Part shown: in pieces, positions 60,602 to 64,000 of the stretch
Layout of the letters: each line of letters opens with the position of its first letter
How positions within the stretch are numbered: the stretch's first letter is position 1
From: Setoptus koraiensis
Lineage: Eukaryota > Animalia > Arthropoda
Reading direction: 5' to 3'
NCBI GenBank assembly: GCA_048013815.1
Contig: CM106585.1
Coordinates: 17,236,001-17,300,000 of the forward strand
DNA length: 64,000 nt
Program-made: the position numbers and the translations under genes
Notes under the pieces: model-generated
Database searches by the model: none
What the model was told of the DNA's origin: nothing
The model's input: only the letters and a program-made list of their open reading frames with translations

Positions 60602-61151
60602 TAAAATATTTGTAGAACATTTGAGATTGATCTGTCCTAATTTTTTGAAGACTCCAAGTTATCGGTGAATATTTTCAAATCCCAAGTATATCGGTACCCT
60701 ACAATGGAGTAGCATCGACAGGGATTCTAGACACCCAGCTACTGGACGTTTGTTATGGTGTGGTTGCGTCAACAAAACATATACTATGAACACATCTATC
60801 TCTGAGAAAGTCTCATACCGACCCAGATAAATGAAGAACTATAGAACTAATCGCTATATGACGTCGGAGTGTTTATATTGTTAAATCAACCAAATATTTA
60901 ATTGAAAGATAACCCAAAGAAGAGAATAATTCATGGTAATAATTCGTTTATGATATAATTAATACTTAAGTGACTGTCATGAATGGACTCTTACATACGC
61001 TGAATTGGCCGTATTCTGTAGAGCAACAAGTAGAATTGTGTAAGGTATCTGACTAATCATTGAAAAAATGTTTTTCCAAAATCAAAATAATGTAGCAAGA
61101 TATTGTTTACGTCCTATGAGTATACTGTATATAGAATAAATATTATTACTG

Positions 61152-62147
61152 TCATCTTTTCATGGTGGCATATAGTGCCTTCTTTGGATCCAAGGGGGGC
61201 AGTTGAATGTTTTCGTTCGAGGTGGTATCGGTAGATTCTTCTTTAACTGAGGAATTATTTCTACTATTCTCACTTACTGCTGTCCGATCGCCATTGTTGT
61301 TCGTGTCTGTTTTCTGAACGACATCCGCGTCCACTTTGGGAGTTGTGCTGGTAGAGCTTGGTCCGACATCGCCTCCCTTTTCACACTTTTTTTCTTCGTT
61401 ACTGACTGTGCCTTTATCTTTGGACTGGCTTGATCCCTTAGCTTTGTCTTTGTCGCGCTCTGAGCGATTGGATTGCCGACCAGTGGATCTATCCTTCTTT
61501 TTGGTGGTTGATTTCGCATCTAAAGCGCGCCTTGCTATACTCCTTTTTCTCGTGGCATACTCTGTGATAGTAACTGTGATGTTATTCACTGTGATGGCAC
61601 TTGTAGTTGTCTTTTTTCTGTCTATGAGTATTCCCGCTTTTCCGTGTGAAACAGGAGGTTGATATGTGAAAACTTTGCTACCTAATGAACTAGCGACTAA
61701 CCGACTGGCGGGCGGTAGCGGTGGTGGTGGTGTTGTAGGATGATCTGAGATGGAGGTCGTTGATGATGAGATGGAGGTTGATGATGATGATGATGACGAT
61801 GATGAGATTGTGGTGTTTGATGATGAGCTAGAGGAGGAACTAGAGGACGAGTCCAGGTCGTCATCTAACGTAGGTTTGGCTAGCTTTATGGCCTGTTGTC
61901 TAATTTGTTCTTGTTGACGGACCACCTGAGCAACAACATTGTCCGTATTTATGCGAGGCTTCCTAGTAGACGTTCCCTTTCTGACATCACACATGAAACA
62001 TTTGAAAGCATCGGCTGTATTTCTAAAAGTACATACACTACAATCCCATTCACCGTCTGAGAATGAGCTTCTATTAACATGTCGGGCCCTCCTTGAAGAG
62101 CTTGAGCTACAAGACGACTCACCAGGCTGCTCTTTGTCGTCGGCCAT
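61152..62147 (-). CDS. RYBP: RING1 and YY1-binding protein / YAF2 (non-canonical PRC1 subunit), intronless, 331 aa
   Basis: RanBP2-type zinc finger [34 protein letters not shown], and YAF2/RYBP motif [23 protein letters not shown]. Confidence 0.93.
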   Translation of the reverse strand: MADDKEQPGESSCSSSSSRRARHVNRSSFSDGEWDCSVCTFRNTADAFKCFMCDVRKGTSTRKPRINTDNVVAQVVRQQEQIRQQAIKLAKPTLDDDLDSSSSSSSSSSSNTTISSSSSSSSSTSISSSTTSISDHPTTPPPPLPPASRLVASSLGSKVFTYQPPVSHGKAGILIDRKKTTTSAITVNNITVTITEYATRKRSIARRALDAKSTTKKKDRSTGRQSNRSERDKDKAKGSSQSKDKGTVSNEEKKCEKGGDVGPSSTSTTPKVDADVVQKTDTNNNGDRTAVSENSRNNSSVKEESTDTTSNENIQLPPLDPKKALYATMKR

Positions 62148-62662
62148 GCCTTTTAACAGTATATTGGTAATGAATCAGCAGTGGATTTGCCTGGTAAAAT
62201 AACTATAAGTGTAAATAAATAAATATATCTTTTGTGAAAAAATAAAAATACGATCCACTTGAACGCATGGTGTGTATTCGCTGAAATAATTACAAGGTGC
62301 TAGAATGATTGTTCAGATCCCGTTACCGTGTAGCTTATTACAATCGCTAACATTGAGATTGTTTAAGGGAGCGAGCAGAATAAGGGAGAGCTTTAGAAGT
62401 GTGTTGCTTAAACAAAGGCAAAAAAGGAGACAGCTCCTATCGCTGAACAAAAACCAACCAACTCCCTAGTTCAATCTTTGTGCGCTTGTGGGGATGAGGA
62501 TTCTCTCCCATATGCATCCATCAATGGCCGCCAATTTCGAATCATATTCAATCGACTGTGACGGACATGACATATTAGATAAGAACATCCATCAAAAAGA
62601 TTCAATAACACATATTGATGCTAGTTTATTAAACTATTGTATCAAAAATAATTATACAAGGT

Positions 62663-63649
62663 CTAGTTAAGGAGAAATGCTTGCGTCTTATCGACTGTAA
62701 CTAACAAAGCGGCAGTGGCTGGAAAAGTTCTTATCAACGTAGGAGTAAGACCTCTGTAAAGGTAACCGAAACCTTCGTTTTTAACTATCTTCATTAACAT
62801 TTGTCGAAGATTGAGGGAAGAGTTCTCAATCTGTATTCTAGTTTTGACTAGATCGAACGGGAAAATTGTTAACCAAAGGCAAACGCCGCCGATTCCACCA
62901 GATAGAATAGAGACTAGAGAGTCATTGTGATGCTTTCTCAAGGGTGTGTGAGTATATAGTATATGCTTTGTTGCCTCGATTCCACCAAAAAATGCGAAAT
63001 AGCCGGGCATCTCACGTGCTATAGTCGATGTCAGTCCATTATAAAGTCCTGAAATACCTTGGGATTTGATAATATTCATTGTCAACTTAGAGGCAGATAT
63101 TGGCTTGGTATTCGTTTCATTTAAAGATTGCAGTTTGCACTTGATTAGTTCTGTTGGACACAAGGCAAAACTGGAGAAGAAAGCTGCAAACATTCCCGAT
63201 GAGGCTTTGTCCAAGACAGTCATGTCGTTACCATGACGCCCGGTTATTGACGAGACAATTTTTTGACAGTAACCATAAGCGCAAAATAACACTGCATTCT
63301 CAGCAACATTCGCAGCAAGTGACGGAGTTGTTCCTGCATACAATCCCTTAAATATGCCTTCATTTTTCAAAGTTTTCATGAAGCAATTAGCCATGTTTGG
63401 ATAGGAACTTGGGAAAGTTTGCATCTTAACTTTAACGGTGTCCAACGGCTGTCCAACTAGGACAGTAGCTGACCCACCTAGATTTGTTCACAAAAGAATG
63501 ATAATGAAAAGATGCTGGATATACGATTTTATTGGAATCATTGAATAGTTGATACGGCCTGCATGTGTCTTACCTAGCGACCCAGCTAGTAGGTCAACAA
63601 AACCAGTATAATACGGTCCGGATGTTTTTTCTGACGGTAAATTAGACAT
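62663..63649 (-). CDS. SLC25A15: Mitochondrial ornithine carrier (SLC25A15/ORNT-like), 2 exons, 296 aa
   Basis: Exons 63649-63574 and 63477-62663, with a 96-nt phase-1 intron. Three carrier signatures (PLDTVKVK, PTELIKCK, PFDLVKTR) plus the ORNT-type segments ANVAENAVLF, AREMPGY and IRTFP. Confidence 0.92.
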
Positions 63650-64000
63650 AATTATTGTCTGGATGGCATTCAACTGATTATAAACATCTTTAAGATCAAA
63701 AGATACTTTTTACTTACTAGTTTTCATCTTGAGTTGACATATGCGTAAAAATATTTTTTCCGGAAAATTATTTATTCGAATAGGGCGCCTTTACGCTCGA
63801 GATTGTTTGTTTTGTTTTGCAACTGTACTGATAGCAAGTATCTTGATAGAGCAGTCATCATGACTCCGAATTGAATCTCACAGTCACATTTTATTATCAT
63901 GTCAAACATCAAAAAAGCTAACACAAAATGGAAAATTTAAATAAACGTCCCTCAAAGGGAATACTCAAATTGTCTACCAGTTTTGATGCTGAGCATGGCT

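Noticed and set aside
29026-63573. Minor (U12) spliceosome introns
   Set aside because: All reconstructed donors are U2-type (GTAAGT, GTGAGT, GTAGGT, GTTAGA, GTACTT etc.); none reads RTATCCTT.

Overview
Eukaryotic (arthropod) genomic DNA. A compact mite genome is my best guess, inferred from an arthropod-type chitin deacetylase, very short intergenic gaps and mostly intronless conserved genes. The window has two sharply different compartments. (1) Bases 1 to ~20.2 kb are a GC/CpG-richer desert full of (CAA)n, (CA)n and (GA)n tracts and many unrelated short minisatellites; none of its ORFs looks like a real protein. (2) Bases ~20.4-64 kb are AT-rich and gene-dense: Patj-like (L27 + 2 PDZ), UBE2E, cereblon, Spt6, TMEM165, an orphan secreted Tyr/Arg-rich protein, a 9-exon group III (CDA4-like) chitin deacetylase, MGRN1/RNF157, AGGF1, NUF2, RYBP/YAF2 and SLC25A15. 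I reconstructed the splice structures by hand; all introns are GT-AG and the phases are consistent. Accessory items are a 125-bp MITE-like element containing a 46-bp perfect palindrome, a 31-bp foldback hairpin, a decayed trypsin-like protease and faint transposase relics. The most interesting candidate is the chitin deacetylase: it has lost both motif-1 aspartates and carries a ~50-aa insertion with two furin-type sites between two conserved cysteines, suggesting a processed two-chain, possibly non-catalytic cuticle protein. I found no tRNA, rRNA, snRNA, known miRNA or CRISPR array, and no clearly new multi-gene system. Comparisons to orthologs are from memory of the families and need alignment to confirm.
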